From contig NC_042997.1 of assembly GCF_006345805.1 (NCBI RefSeq), forward strand, positions 87,420,001-87,484,000: a stretch of 64,000 nucleotides of DNA. Reading direction: 5' to 3'. The notes beneath the pieces were generated by a model. The model saw nothing but the letters and a program-made list of their open reading frames with translations, was not told the origin of the DNA and searched no databases. The stretch comes from Octopus sinensis. Taxonomy: Eukaryota. Position 1 is the stretch's first letter. The number at the start of each line of letters is the position of its first letter. The position numbers and the translations under genes are program-made. Positions 1-12,145 of this stretch are shown in pieces.

Positions 1-3000
1 CTGCCATAACTACTCCTTTTGGAGCCTTCGAATTCCTAACTATGCCATTTGGTTTACGTAATTCAGCCAGCACATTTCAAAGGTTCATAGATGCCATCTT
101 GATAGCTAGCGCCTCACCCGAGGAACATCTCCATCATGTACGTCAGCTGTTCGAGCGGTTCAAGACTTACCAAGTGCGGATCAACCCTACCAAATGTGTT
201 TTCAGCGCATCTTCTTTGACTTTGCTAGGTCATGTCATCAGCCCCAAAGGGATATCGCCACTGCCTGACAAGGTGAAGGCATTGGAATAATTACCTTCAC
301 CTACCTCATTACGTCAGCTCCGACATTTCTTGGGACTATTCAACTTATATCGGCGCTTTGTTCCTCATTCAGCTGAAATCCTATATCTGCTAAACAAGCT
401 CCTTTGGAATGGGAAAAAGAAGAGTGAGCCGATAGTATTGGACTCTACCCAACTTGACCCCTTCAACACAGCAAAGCAGCAACTCGCCCAATCATCGCTT
501 CTTGTGCACCCTGTCGTGGACGCTCAGCTATCCCTTGTAGTAGATGCATCCAACACTGCCATAGGTGCGGTATTACAACAATTTCATCAACAAGAACTCC
601 AGCCTCTTGCCTTTTTCTCCCGGCAGCTTAAATCAGCACTTTCAGACGGGAGCTGTTAACTATGTATTTAGATGGCAGACATTTTCGGCACACACTCGAG
701 GGACGCCAATTCACGATTTTTACGGCCCATCGTCCACACACCTTTGCCCTGCACTCGAAGCCTGACAAGTACTCTCCACAGGAAACCAGGCACTTGGATT
801 TCATTTCCCAATTTACCGCCGACATCTGCCATATCTCTGGTGTAGATAACACTGCAGCAGACGCCTTATCGCACCTATCACTGAATTCGCTGTGGTCATC
901 CACAGACATCGACCTGCATCTCCTGGCTTAGAACAATTGATATATCCTCATCCCCCTTTGCCACATGCAACTTCAAGTACTTCCCAGTACCCACAAATGA
1001 CGCACAGGCTATGTGCGATACTTCCACGAATTCTCCTCGTCCTTTTGTTCGGAAAACCCACAGACAAACAGTCTTCAGCACACGGCATAACCTGTCACAC
1101 TCTGGCGTCATCGCCACAGTGAAACTCATTTCTGTTAGATTCTTTTGGCTAAATATGAGACGAGATATCACTGCTTGGTCACGCTCCTGCTTTTTCTGTA
1201 AGAAATCAAAGGTGTATAGGCACATCTGTGCACCCCTTGGCACATTAAACACACCAGATGTGCGTTTCAACCACGTACACATCGACCTTGTTGGACCTTG
1301 GCCAGTCAGCCAGGGATATACCTACCTGCTCACTTGCATTGATCGTTTCACACGTTGGCCGGAAGCTTTTCCTTTAGTAGATATCACTGCAGAATCTGTT
1401 GTCAAAGTTTTTCTCAAAGGATGGATATCATGGTACGGAGTTCCTACCACCAACACTACCAACCGTGAAAAATAGTTTGAATCGCAACTCTTCCATGAGC
1501 TCACGAAGACCATAGATTCACGTCGGATTCAAACCACCAGTTACCATCCATAATCCAACGGTATGGTGGAACGATTCCACCGTCAAATGAAAGCTTCTTT
1601 TCGTGCTTACCCAGACTAACAGCGTTGGAGTGAATGTCTTCCAATAGTCCCTCTTGGCCGTCGAGCCTCGATAAAGGAAGATCTCGGTTATTCCCCAGCA
1701 GAGCTTGTTTATGGAACACCTCTTTCGTTTCCAGGCCAGAAGTTGGTCGGAGTGGATCTGTCCACACAAGACCCCACTATGTACACACAAAGACTTCGCA
1801 GATACATGCAAGAACAGCTACCCATGTCAACACGACACCAAACGACTAAATCATCAGTTCCAAAAGACATTGAGTCTTGGACCCATGTGTTTGTACGAAA
1901 CGACGCTGTGAAAACCCCTCTCACACCTTCATACACGGGACGCTATCGCATCCAGTCGCACACGGACAAACTATATATCATATATATTAACGGTAAAAAA
2001 AAGAAACTGTCTCAATAGACAGGCTCAAGCAGGCATACACAGACAGTGAGACAATACCACCTCATACACCTCCCAAATTCACAGTATAACACAAAACAAA
2101 CGCTACTCCGCTGTAACCATCACCAACACCGACCCCCTCCTCTATCTACATACGTCACTACGACTCGTAGTGGTCGCCAAAACTATATACAACTGAACTA
2201 TAAAGAACTATGTGTAAACTTACCAAAGACTTTTCAAGACGTATCACCAGCGACACAGTTTTGTTCTTCACAATATTCCTTCGAACTTTACCTGATCGAC
2301 TTGAACATTTTGCTTATTTCTTTGTGTTCATATTCTGTTTACCCTTATCATGCTTTGCCTTTTCATTTCAGTTTCTCATTTTTGTTGTATTGCATCCTTC
2401 TGTTTGTATTCTATGTTCTTACTTGCTTTTTGCACTGCATATTTACAAACGCCATCTCTATTTTTTCGGCTTTTTCAAGTCTAGCAGGAGGCTATGTAGC
2501 AGAGCTACATGTTACATAGTAATATGTGAGTCGACTTGCCCAGCAAACGAATATATGGATGAGGTATTTAGCCACGCTTTGAAACATAACTTCGTTTTGA
2601 GACACTAGCCTATTTCGGAGCTACACTGTAGAAGTTCTCAGTTCCTGCCAGGTTTCGGTCAAAGACTCATGTCCTCTCTGCAACTCCACGCGCGACTCAC
2701 ATGTCTATTTACCTCGACACAAGATATATAGCTTGTAAACGAAGATATTTTATCACACATACATTCTCAAAATGACTGTTCTCATTACACACATGCATAC
2801 ATTTTGTAATACAGATATTATATGTTACTTGTTTCAGTACAAAAGCAAAAATCAAAACTTTCTTTGTATGTAAGCACACATGTTTTTGTATCATACTACA
2901 TGCTTCCACCGCAAAAGGTGAACACAGAATAAACGATATATTTATACACAAAAATGTCTTATGGTGATTCATACTAACTGTTTTTCCATTTAAGAACACG

Positions 3001-3029
3001 CACTTGATTAGCCAACGACAACCGCTATA
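1..3029 (+). mobile_element. Degenerate Ty3/Gypsy LTR retrotransposon (family A): pol remnant (RT, RNase H, integrase) and 3' LTR; 5' part lies outside the window
   Basis: Broken ORFs with PFGLRNSASTFQRF (RT), DASNTAIGAVLQQ and IFTAHRP (RNase H), HVHIDLVGPWP and CIDRFTRWPEAFP (integrase), TTTRSGR C-terminal motif near 2155-2177. Many stops and frameshifts. Purine tract ctagcaggaggcta precedes TGTAGC at 2495. Confidence 0.93.
2495..3029 (+). repeat. 3' LTR of Gypsy family A (about 535 bp, TGTAGC...GCTATA)
   Basis: Starts after a PPT-like tract. Homologous sequence recurs inverted at 10828-10965 plus 12146-12355 and at 17578-17945, where it abuts a TGG primer-binding-site-like motif. Confidence 0.75.
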
Positions 3030-3049
3030 AAGGAATTGAAACTTGCCGC

Positions 3050-4100
3050 GACAGCAAACTGCTCCTGTCGTATGTTAAGTGTGCCTTCACTTTTTGTATT
3101 TTCGTTTTGTTGTGGATGTTGTCTTTGTACACCCTGTTTCGGTGTGTAGTGTACTGTTCTATATACCTTGTAATTTATCGCGTAGAGATTGGGAGCACAA
3201 GACTGGTATATTCCACGGTAGAGCCATTAGTTCCATCGTGGACTACAAAGTCCTATTTCCATCTATTTAAAAAACAACAGAATTGCGTTAGTAGAGCATT
3301 TCTGTGGTTCAAATATGGTACTTGCAAGAAATCTATGTTTATGTATCATTTTGATTTCGCCACTTCGTCAGTTATGTGTGTTGGGAATAATTGGAGGAGT
3401 CTTAACTCGTAATATGTTTGCTTTTGATGTTATGTGGTTTGTTTATGTTATTGAGTGTGATGGTTGATTATACCATGTTTGTAGATGGTTTATGTAAATT
3501 TGGTGCAGTAGATGGACAGCAATGTCTGAAGAATAATCGAAAGATGTGAGTGCAATGTCATGCGGAAAGGTCGTGTTGGTATAGGTTGAAAAGAGCGGGG
3601 AGAGGACGAAACTCCATCGTACTCCATTATTCTTGTACACTACTCAAGCTTGGTGACTAAGCAAATAGTTTGTTAGCTATCATTTGTGTTGTTCCCTAAG
3701 GGGTCTTCAATATTTTTTGTAGAAGTGGACAGCGGGTAATGGAATTGAAAGTTTCACTGATGTCAATGTTACGCGCGGAAAGTTTTAATTATTGAAGCTA
3801 TCATGTATTTTTTGTGTTAGGTTTATGAGCAGAGTGATGGTTGAGTGTAGTAATCTAAATCTGTGTTGGAATATGGAGAGAGAAATGCGAGGATTTGTGC
3901 GGTCAAGAGTTGGGTTTTTAGAACTGTCGAGGCCGTGTATAGGCGGATGGTAGCTGTGCATGTTAATGTTTTACTTGGGTTTTGTTAGGCTTTAGTGTTG
4001 CTATGATTTGGCCCAGTTCTCATATTCAGGAGATTTGACCGTGTTACAACTGTAGATATTAGTGAATGCATTGATTCCTTCAGGTCTCTAGTGTTTTAGA
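3050..4100 (-). pseudogene. Degenerate non-LTR retrotransposon (LINE) reverse transcriptase fragment
   Basis: Minus-strand translation gives ISLSIFQHRFRLLHSTITLLINLTQKIHDSFN (QHGFR..HST motif), IDISETFNSI (D.SKAFD motif) and NNGVRWSFVLSPLFSTY (GVPQGSVLSP motif); multiple stops. Confidence 0.65.
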
Positions 4101-4121
4101 TATATATATTTCAATTAATCC

Positions 4122-4900
4122 TGTAAGAACGACCGTGCGAAGGAGAGGTGACGATGAATGGCTTCTTGAATACATCGCACGGTCGATTACAATAAATACG
4201 AAAAGGATAAATGAGTATGAGTGCCAGAAGGAAAAGAGACGACACAACCGGTAGAATGTTAAGAGAAGATTTTATTGATAGATTAATGTGTGTGCGTCAT
4301 AAGTACATATATAATAATAACAATAGACAGGCCGTCATATATACATAATGTGTATGTGTGTACAAACAAGGGTGTATGCGTGTGAGATAAAATACAGAGC
4401 ATAGAAAGAGTCTATAACAGGACACTAGAAGAAGTTCAGACACAATGAAGATAAATACCAGTTCGTAGTAAGGTACACAATAGTTGAAGTGCTGTAACAA
4501 GAAATTGTGGCGAAGGAGCAGAGCCGGTTGAAGCACATGTCGTGTAAGAAGTTGTGGCTACTATGCTGCTGTCGGTCACTTGATACAGGAAGATCTCGCA
4601 GGTTGTATTTGCTGTTAACCATGGTGAAGTAATTCACGAACAGTGCTGAGATAGAACCTGGGTGTACGTAGAGAGATGTTGTTGACATTAAGACGGAGGC
4701 GACAGAGATGGAGGTCCTAATGCTGCTGGACGAAGTGTTGATGTTTCTCCATGTGGCTGCTGGTATTGTCGCTGGAATTGGATGTGTGGTCAGTGGTTAG
4801 ACCTTAGTAGGTCTAGAACCAAAGACGAAATACAGTGTTGAAACTAGCTTTTTTATACTATCGGCACAACTGAGGTTTAGAAAAGATTGTCTCATGTGAC
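4122..4900 (-). mobile_element. Probable 3' end of another Gypsy element: integrase tail and a ~298-bp LTR (4122-4419)
   Basis: Minus-strand TTRTG motif near 4450; TG...CA-bounded segment with AATAAA and an 11-bp inverted repeat cgaccgtgcga/tcgcacggtcg. Confidence 0.45.
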
Positions 4901-5073
4901 CTTATCAGAAGGCTGCGATTGGTTGGGTTGCACATTGGCGCGTAACAGAGCAAGAGACAAATTGCACCAATACCAACCAATCAGAGTAGTGGACACAACA
5001 GGGTCCAAAAGGGCAGTCGAAGGCTAGCTGTTATCTACTACGTCCGTACTTATGTATATATAACAGAGAAAGG

Positions 5074-5112
<39 letters not shown>

Positions 5113-5118
5113 CGCTAC
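4895..5118 (+). promoter_or_regulatory. LTR-like segment with CCAAT boxes, a TATA-like element and (GA)n, ending GCTACA
   Basis: attggttgg, ccaataccaaccaatc, tatatataa; terminal gctaca resembles a Gypsy LTR end. Confidence 0.3.
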
Positions 5119-5921
5119 AGTCCTGACGTGTTCGAGTTTTTAGAATTTTTCTGTTGCATTTTGGGTTCCTAATGACAGAAGGACAGAAGTGTATATTTTT
5201 CGTTTCGTGTTCACGCCTTTTTTTTGTATAGTTTTCTTTTGGGATGATTTTCAAGAGATGTTTGATAAGGATGTTTAATTAGAGTTGTTGCTTGTGTAGT
5301 GGGGATTCGAACCCTAACCGCTAGATTTTCAGTTGGGCATCACAAGTGAGCCACCACAGTTTCACATGATTGATCAATAAATTAACCAACAAACATGAAG
5401 CTGTAGCATGACGTAGCTTTCTCGAATGTTCTATAAACCGCCCTGTTCACCTTATCAGACCCGTTTTGGTGCTTTGGTTCAGCTCAGAGTGTTGAAGGTG
5501 ACTGACTAATTTACATGCCTCTCCCCATGCCAGACAGCTTGGAATGTTTGCGCAAATAACTCCAGGTTGTCGGACAGATCCATTCTGAACATTCACACAA
5601 CGTCTCACAAGTAACTTCTATGGACGCTGCGCGGTTTTTTCTCTATCCCAGAGGACAGTTATTAATATTGCTCATTGTTAACAGCTAAAATCGAAAATCA
5701 TTATCTACGGCAACGCATATCAAGTTAAATGTTTGTAAGTTTGCTTCAGTTATTCTACGCGAAGCTCTCCTCTAACAAAGAAAGGCTCAGCAATGATACA
5801 TTCTCTGCGATCCAAGCATCCAGCAGCAAGCTACTCGTGACACTTAATTGGGTATATTATTTGACATTGATAACATGAGGTGTAGTGTGACTAGTCGTAG
5901 ATGATGCCAATTACTCTAGAT

Positions 5922-7381
5922 GCGTGGTTCACAACCGGGGTCCATATAAGATGTTGTGTGTGTGTGGGTCCATGCCAGCAAAATAGAAACTTGGGGGCCC
6001 TTAATATACAGTAGTACATTAAGGGTCCATGGAAAAATTTCCTTTAGATGTATTTATTGCAAGAAACAATTAGATTTCTTTCTCTAACGTTTTACATAGT
6101 TAATGTGTAAAAGGTATTATAAAAATAGTAACGTGATCCTATTCTTAATAATATATTTTACTGACTATATTTTACATGCAGCGGCAATACACATAAGTTT
6201 GGAATGACAACAAGATTTCTTTTTAAGATATATACATTATTTATTTTACATCATTTACAACCATGTTTGATGTTGGAAGTTTGTAAGTGTTCGCATGTTT
6301 TTGTGTCTGTGTGTTCGTTAGGCGTAAAAAGGTACTGACCAGTGAATTGACGATGGGATTTGATTCACAGTTAATGTTGTTGATATCGGCTTGGCAACAG
6401 GTAATAACAGATGGCTTAAGGTAGTTCTTAGAAGAAACTAGAACCCAAGAACAGATAATTGATTTACCGTTTATGAGGTACACTGTAAGAGTCCCATATC
6501 AAGATATTGCATGTCGCAGTTGAGATTAATTGAATCACTCGTTGTGTTTATCTTTCTCTTGATATGAATATACTTCCAGACATGTTACTGTAGCGGTTTT
6601 CTTCGTGGCGAGAATTTCACCTAACCGCTATAGTTGAATCTGTAGTTGTCTCGTGTACAATTTAAATCTTCGATGTTTGTCGATTGGTTCTTGCTGCTTC
6701 TTCATTATATGTTCTGCTTGGTTATGTTTCTCTAGTTATAGATATCTTGTAACCGTTTTCTTCATGGTGATTTTTCACACTAACAGTATGAGAGGTATCT
6801 GTAACATCTTGTATTAATGGTGGCCGCCTGCCTCGAAACTGGAACTTGGTCGAGTATTCTCTGTGTGGTCAGAGACTTAGCTCTTAAAAGAACTAAAAGC
6901 CTAAGACGAGCTCTGTGTGGTCAGAGGTTCGCCCTGAGAAGGACTGGAAACCTAAAACGAATATTTTTCTGAGAAAACCTTGTTTTATAAGCTTCATCAG
7001 GCTCCCAGTGAACTTCAGAAATGGAAAGCTGTGATTGGCTGCTTGGACTATGGCGCGAAAATAAGTCGAGACATTTTGCGCCAAGTTATAACCAGCGGTG
7101 CGAGCGTAGTAGAGACCAACGTGTCAGCCAATCGAATTAGTGTTTACATCAATGTTGAACCAGCCAAAGCTGTTTGTAATCTCGACCGAGGTCATTCTAT
7201 ATACTCTTCTCAAACAGTGAAGATAGCACTGAGAGACGATATTGCTACAGTATAATAGGAATTTTGACAGAATTATCTATAAAATTGGTTTTAAAACAAC
7301 GAAGTGGTTTTTAAACATCGATGTGGTTTTTAAAAATAGTAATGAAAGAGGTTCAAGAATAAAAAAAATTGAGAACCATTG
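5922..7381. mobile_element. hAT (Charlie-like) MITE of ~325 bp, interrupted by a 1.13-kb insertion
   Basis: Termini gcgtggttcacaac ... ttgagaaccattg resemble the CAGTGGTTCTCAA TIR; 8-bp TSD ctctagat/ctctaaat matches the NTCTAGAN target preference. Confidence 0.75.
6118..7249. mobile_element. Solo-LTR-like element B, copy 1 (1132 bp)
   Basis: Flanked by 4-bp TSD gtat (6114-6117, 7250-7253); highly similar inverted copy at 10966-12145; contains CCAAT motifs and short internal repeats. Confidence 0.75.
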
Positions 7382-7649
7382 CTCTAAATGCTATTTGTTT
7401 TGTGACTTATTTTGGCTACGAATACCCGCCAGCTTAATAGTCTTCTACGATTTATTTATTTATTTATTTATGTTATTTCCTTGCTTAGTTGTTTAATGCT
7501 AAGTTTTATTTCAGTGAATGTGGTGTTGGGAGCATTGTGTCTGCAGATACGGCTTTTAGGAGATTGGTTAATTATGATGCATATTTGGGACGGTATTATT
7601 TATGTTACCATGTAAAACGTGTTTTCTTTCTTTTTCTTTTGGACGTTTT

Positions 7650-8044
7650 CTTTTATTCTTTTACTTGCTTCGGTCATTTGATTGCGGCCATGCTGGAGCA
7701 CTATCTTTAGTCGAACAAATCGACCTCAGGACTTAGTCATTGCAAGCCTAATACTTTTTGTATCGGTCTCTTTTGCTGAACCGCTAAGTTTCGGGTACGT
7801 AAACACACCAACATCGGTTGTCAAGCGATGTGGGGTGGGGGGACAAACAGATACAAATAACAAACACACACATACATATAATACAGATATATATATATAT
7901 ATAGGACAGGCTTCTTTTAGTTTCCGTCTGCCAAATCCACTCGCAAGGTTTTGGTCAGCCCAAGGCTATAATAGAAGACACTTGCCCAAGGTGCCACGCA
8001 GTGGGACTGAACCCGGAAACATGTATTTGGGAAGCCAGCTTCTT
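7650..8044 (-). mobile_element. tRNA-derived SINE (most frequent family in the window); its 5' head continues at 9734-9765
   Basis: Matches the full copy at 46630-47089 (gttcagtcccactgcgtggcaccttgggcaagtgtc ... ccagcatggccgca ... gtaaaaga tail); split by a LINE insertion with a 15-bp TSD. Confidence 0.85.
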
Positions 8045-9733
8045 TATTTCATGAAATTGGCCATGGAGGCCTTACATAGAGGGGACAGCACAAGGTGGGG
8101 ACGAAAAAAAAAACGAATGGAAAAGATGAACTGAATATAATGAAAAAATGGAATGAAGCCGTTCGGCCCCACCCCCGAGCGACTTCATTGAACCTGTTGA
8201 TACAACTTCATTTTTTCAGGCACCGGTTTATAATACTATTTGTAACACCGTTTGCAACAACTCATTTTCATTTTTACGCAAAATGCTTATATTATAATTT
8301 TTAGATATCAAAACAGCTTACCCGTTCTGGCATTGTGCTGGTGTCTATTTTCTTGACACACCACTCATAGTCACAGTCTTCCTCATAATCCTTTATTCTT
8401 GAAAGGCACTCTGGGTCTGTTATCACACAGCGCATGTACCCGGGCAACCCCTTCACTCTTGTTATGTCCACTTCTATCACTATTCCACGAGTTTATCTCA
8501 TTATCAAGTTTTTCATTTTCTCCATCGTATAGTATAACATATTTTTCATTGGAAATTTGGGCCTCCTGTGTGCTTGTGCTTGTCTTTATATCAGGTGGGG
8601 CATGGAGAGGGTTGGTGTCTGTAGGGAGTGGTTGGGGCAGAGTGGGTGTGGGTGGGAGTCGGGTAGGTGTGGTATGGGGGTCGTCATTTACAACGTGTAT
8701 TCTGTTTCATCTCTCTTTTTTTTCTTCCCAGCTGCTTCCCATCAGTTCCTTTCCTCCTCCTCAACGCTGGTACTAGTTTTCGTCGGTGGCGGAGTCTCAA
8801 TTTTCCTCTCGTTCTCTTTATTCTTTACGAGTGGTGGAGGACAGTCCGCTCTAATGTGGCCTTTCAAGCCACATTTATAGCACCGCGGGATCCTTCCTTC
8901 CACTCTAACTCTGAGTGTTGCCTCTCCGACCGTGATGGTCTCGACTATATTTTCAATATCTTCTTCTTCAACTTGTACCACCATATCAAGGCTTTGTCCT
9001 TGCCAATTCCTGTGGGGTGTTCTGGTGGCCTGGAGGACCACCAATTTCTCCTCCATGTCTAACAGTATGCAGCTACCAGCCAGGCTACATCCACTTCTGG
9101 CGGTGTTTCCTCTACCCTAACCCTGGAGGCACGTCTCCCAAGGTATACGGGTAGAAGAACTACTTCATCAGTTCTCAGCGGTGTTGCTAAGTGCAGCCTG
9201 GCGGTAGCTACCTCCCGGAACTGCACCTCCAACGTTCCAAACTTTTTCCTCTGGCGCGGTAGGAAATCCCTTGTTAGATTGATCTAAGTGCCTTTTCGAC
9301 TTGCACCGTAGACATGACTTCAATTCTCTTTGTTGCTACAGAGTACGTCCTGTAAATAATTGTTCTTTCTTGTTTCTCCTTTAAAACTTCTTTGGGAGGG
9401 AACACTTTCACGTTGTTCCCCTCTCTTTTAAGCATTTAAAAAAAATTTATTTAATTCTTCCAGACTTACGTCTTCACTCTTTTCTTCTGCCGCTGCAGCA
9501 TGATTTCTTGCTTCCATTTTCTCATCAATTCTTTTCAACCATTCCACCATTTCCTCCTCAGACGACACAAAGTCCGAAGAAAGGTAGTTCACAGTCTGAA
9601 TAATTCAAGCCTTCACAGCTCCTCATCCGACGCCCCTCCGTTAAACAAGAGGAAAAAGGTCGCACCGCCAAGACAACCAAAAAGCATGTGTGTTGCACAC
9701 AAAATTCACAACCCAACTGACAAACGCTAAACC
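8045..9733 (-). mobile_element. L1/Tx1-like non-autonomous element with ORF1 (CCHC zinc knuckle) and essentially no ORF2
   Basis: ORF 8742-9056 contains RCYKCGLKGHIRADC; the upstream peptide ETPPEVDVAWLVAA resembles EIPVGYDVIWIAAA at ~23270; ends in AATAAA; TSD ggaagc(c/a)agcttctt at 8030-8044 and 9734-9748. Confidence 0.75.
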
Positions 9734-10087
9734 GGAAGCAAGCTTCTTACCACAAAGCCACTTCTGCGTCTATAATTATTTTGTTGTTTATATTAGCGAT
9801 TATAATTTTATTGAATTCTGAAAAACTTAGATTCTGTTTGTTATTGGAATTCGTCCCATTGGGGTTTTTATATTTTATAAAAGAAATTTGCTTTGTTTTT
9901 TGATGTGTAAATGTGCAGTGATAATAATTGGTAGGTGGTCCAAGGAATGGAGGAGTGATTGTTTGCTAAGAGAATATGGGTTTAAATTTTACAAACTTAC
10001 AGATTGACACTTCGAAAAGGCTATCCTTGAAATAAACAATGGAAGAGATTCAACCAGACAATATGGAAGTCAATATTTGTTGGCTTT

Positions 10088-10315
10088 TAAGGCGAAGATG
10101 GCAGAATCGTTAACACGCCGAACAATATTCTCAGCGATATTTCGTCTGTATGTACCTTCTGAGTTAAAATTCTGCCGAGGTCGACTTTGCCGTTTATCCT
10201 TTCGGGGTCGATAAAATAAGTTCCAGTTGCATACTGGGGTCGGTGTAATCGACTTACTCCCTCACCCGAACTTGCTGGCCTCGTGCCAAAATTTGAAATC
10301 AATATTTGTTAGTTT
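10088..10315 (+). mobile_element. tRNA-derived SINE, second family
   Basis: A/B-box-like head (ggcagaatcgttaacacg ... gagttaaaattctgcc), central ccgaggtcgactttgccgtttatcctttcggggtcgataaaataagt domain; related copy at 49260-49445. Confidence 0.75.
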
Positions 10316-10965
10316 TAAGTTACAGATCTTCAAGATCGTGTTGGGATATCATTTTTGGAAATATTAATTTAAATTATTCTTTGTTTTCAGATGTAACAAT
10401 GAGACACTTTATGATGGCACTTTTCTTTTTAGACACCGTTCTTCAGTTGGTGTCACTTTACTTTCTTGGCTAATTTTTCTTAACCCTGTATCTCAAGAGA
10501 GATACTGTATAATTAAGAGCGTGGGGAAAATTTCAGCAAGTTCTGGCAGATCTATCGTTTATATCGACGTACTTCGTTGTTCAAAGAGAACTATTAAACC
10601 ATCTGAAAAGTTTTACTCGTGACTTTATTACTCTGTTAAATTCTATAAATGCCAGTCTTCAATCTAATTGGAGATTCTTGTTAATACTGTTGCTGTTAAT
10701 TTTTACTAATTTTACTATCTCGTGATTCATTGTTTTTCTTCAAGGACGGCGAATGTTGTCATTCTACATTATTTAATAATGTAGCATATAATGAACGAGT
10801 TCTATCCATTATTTAAGCTGAATATTGTATAGCGGCTGTCGTTGGCTGTTTAAGTGCATGTTATTAAATGGAAAAACAGTATGAATCACCATAAGATATT
10901 TTTGTGTATAAATATATTGTTTATTTTGTGTTCACATTTTGTGGTGGAAGCATGTAGTATGATAC

Positions 10966-12145
10966 TGTAGCAATATCGTCTCTCATTGCTATCTTCACTG
11001 TTTGAGAAGAGTATTAAGAATGACCTCGGTCGAGATTACAAACAGCTTTGGCTAGTTTAACATTGTTGTAAACACTAATTCGATTGGCTGACACGTTGGT
11101 CTCTACTACGCTCGCACCGCTGGTTATAACTTGGCGCAAAATGTCTCGACTTATTTTCGCGCCATAGTCCAAGCAGCCAATCACAGCTTTCCATTTCTGA
11201 AGTTCACTGGGAGCCTGATGAAGCTTATAAAACAAGGTTTCTCAGAAAAAATATTCGTCTTAGGTTTCCAGTCCTTCTCAGGGCGAACCTCTGACCACAC
11301 AGAGCTCGTCTTAGGTTTCCAGTCCTTCTCAGGGCGAACCTCTGACCACACAGAGCTCGTCGTAGGCTTTTAGTTCTTTTAAGAGCTAAGTCTCTGACCA
11401 CACAGAGAATACTCGACCAAGTTCCAGTTTCGAGGCAAGCGACCACCATTAATACAAGATGTTACAGATACCTAACATACTGTTAGTGTGAAATATCACC
11501 ATGAAGAAAACGGTTACAAGATATCTATAACTAGAGAAAAATAACCAAGCAGAACATATGATGAAGAAGCAGCAAGAACCAATCGACAAACATCGAAGAT
11601 TTAAATTGTACACGAGACAACTACAGATTCAACTATAGCGGTTAGGTGAAATTCTCGCCACGAAGAAAACGGCTACAGAAACATGTCTGGAAGTATATTC
11701 ATATCAAGAGAAAGATAAACACGAGTGATTCAATTAATCTCTTCTGCGACATGCAATATCTTGATATAGAACTCTTACAGTGTACCTCATAAACGGTAAA
11801 TCAATTATCTGTTCTTGGGTTCTAGTTTCTTCTAAGAACTACCTTAAGCCATCTGTTATTACCTGTTGCCAAGCCGATACCAACAACATTAACTGTGAAT
11901 CAAATCCCATCGACAATTCACTGGTCAGTACCTTTTTACGCCTAACGAACACACAGACACAAAAACATGCGAACACTTACAAACTTCCAACATCAAACAT
12001 GATTGTAAAATATGTAAAATAAATAATGTATATATCTTAAAAAGAAATCTTGTTGTCATTCCAAACTTATGTGTATTGCCGCTGCATGTAAAATATAGTC
12101 AGTAAAATATATTAATAAGAATAGGATCACGTTACTATTTTTATA
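10966..12145. mobile_element. Solo-LTR-like element B, copy 2 (1180 bp, inverted relative to copy 1), inserted into the family A LTR
   Basis: TSD atac at 10962-10965 and 12146-12149; the pre-insertion site tttttgtatcatact is visible at ~2883-2897; internal 51-bp tandem duplication at 11256-11357. Confidence 0.8.

Noticed and set aside
2495-2625. A 131-bp mini-LTR (TGTAGC...GCTACA)
   Set aside because: Homologous copies place the LTR end and PBS at the position equivalent to 3029; the internal GCTACA is probably incidental, though a compound LTR is not excluded.
2645-2675. Hammerhead-like ...ATGAGTCTTTGACCGAAAC on the minus strand of the family A LTR
   Set aside because: Lacks CUGA and a consistent helix I/III.
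10391-10620. Strong-looking acceptor (tctttgttttcag) followed by an open frame CNNETLYDGTF...
   Set aside because: No linked exons or recognisable homology; left uncalled pending RNA-seq.
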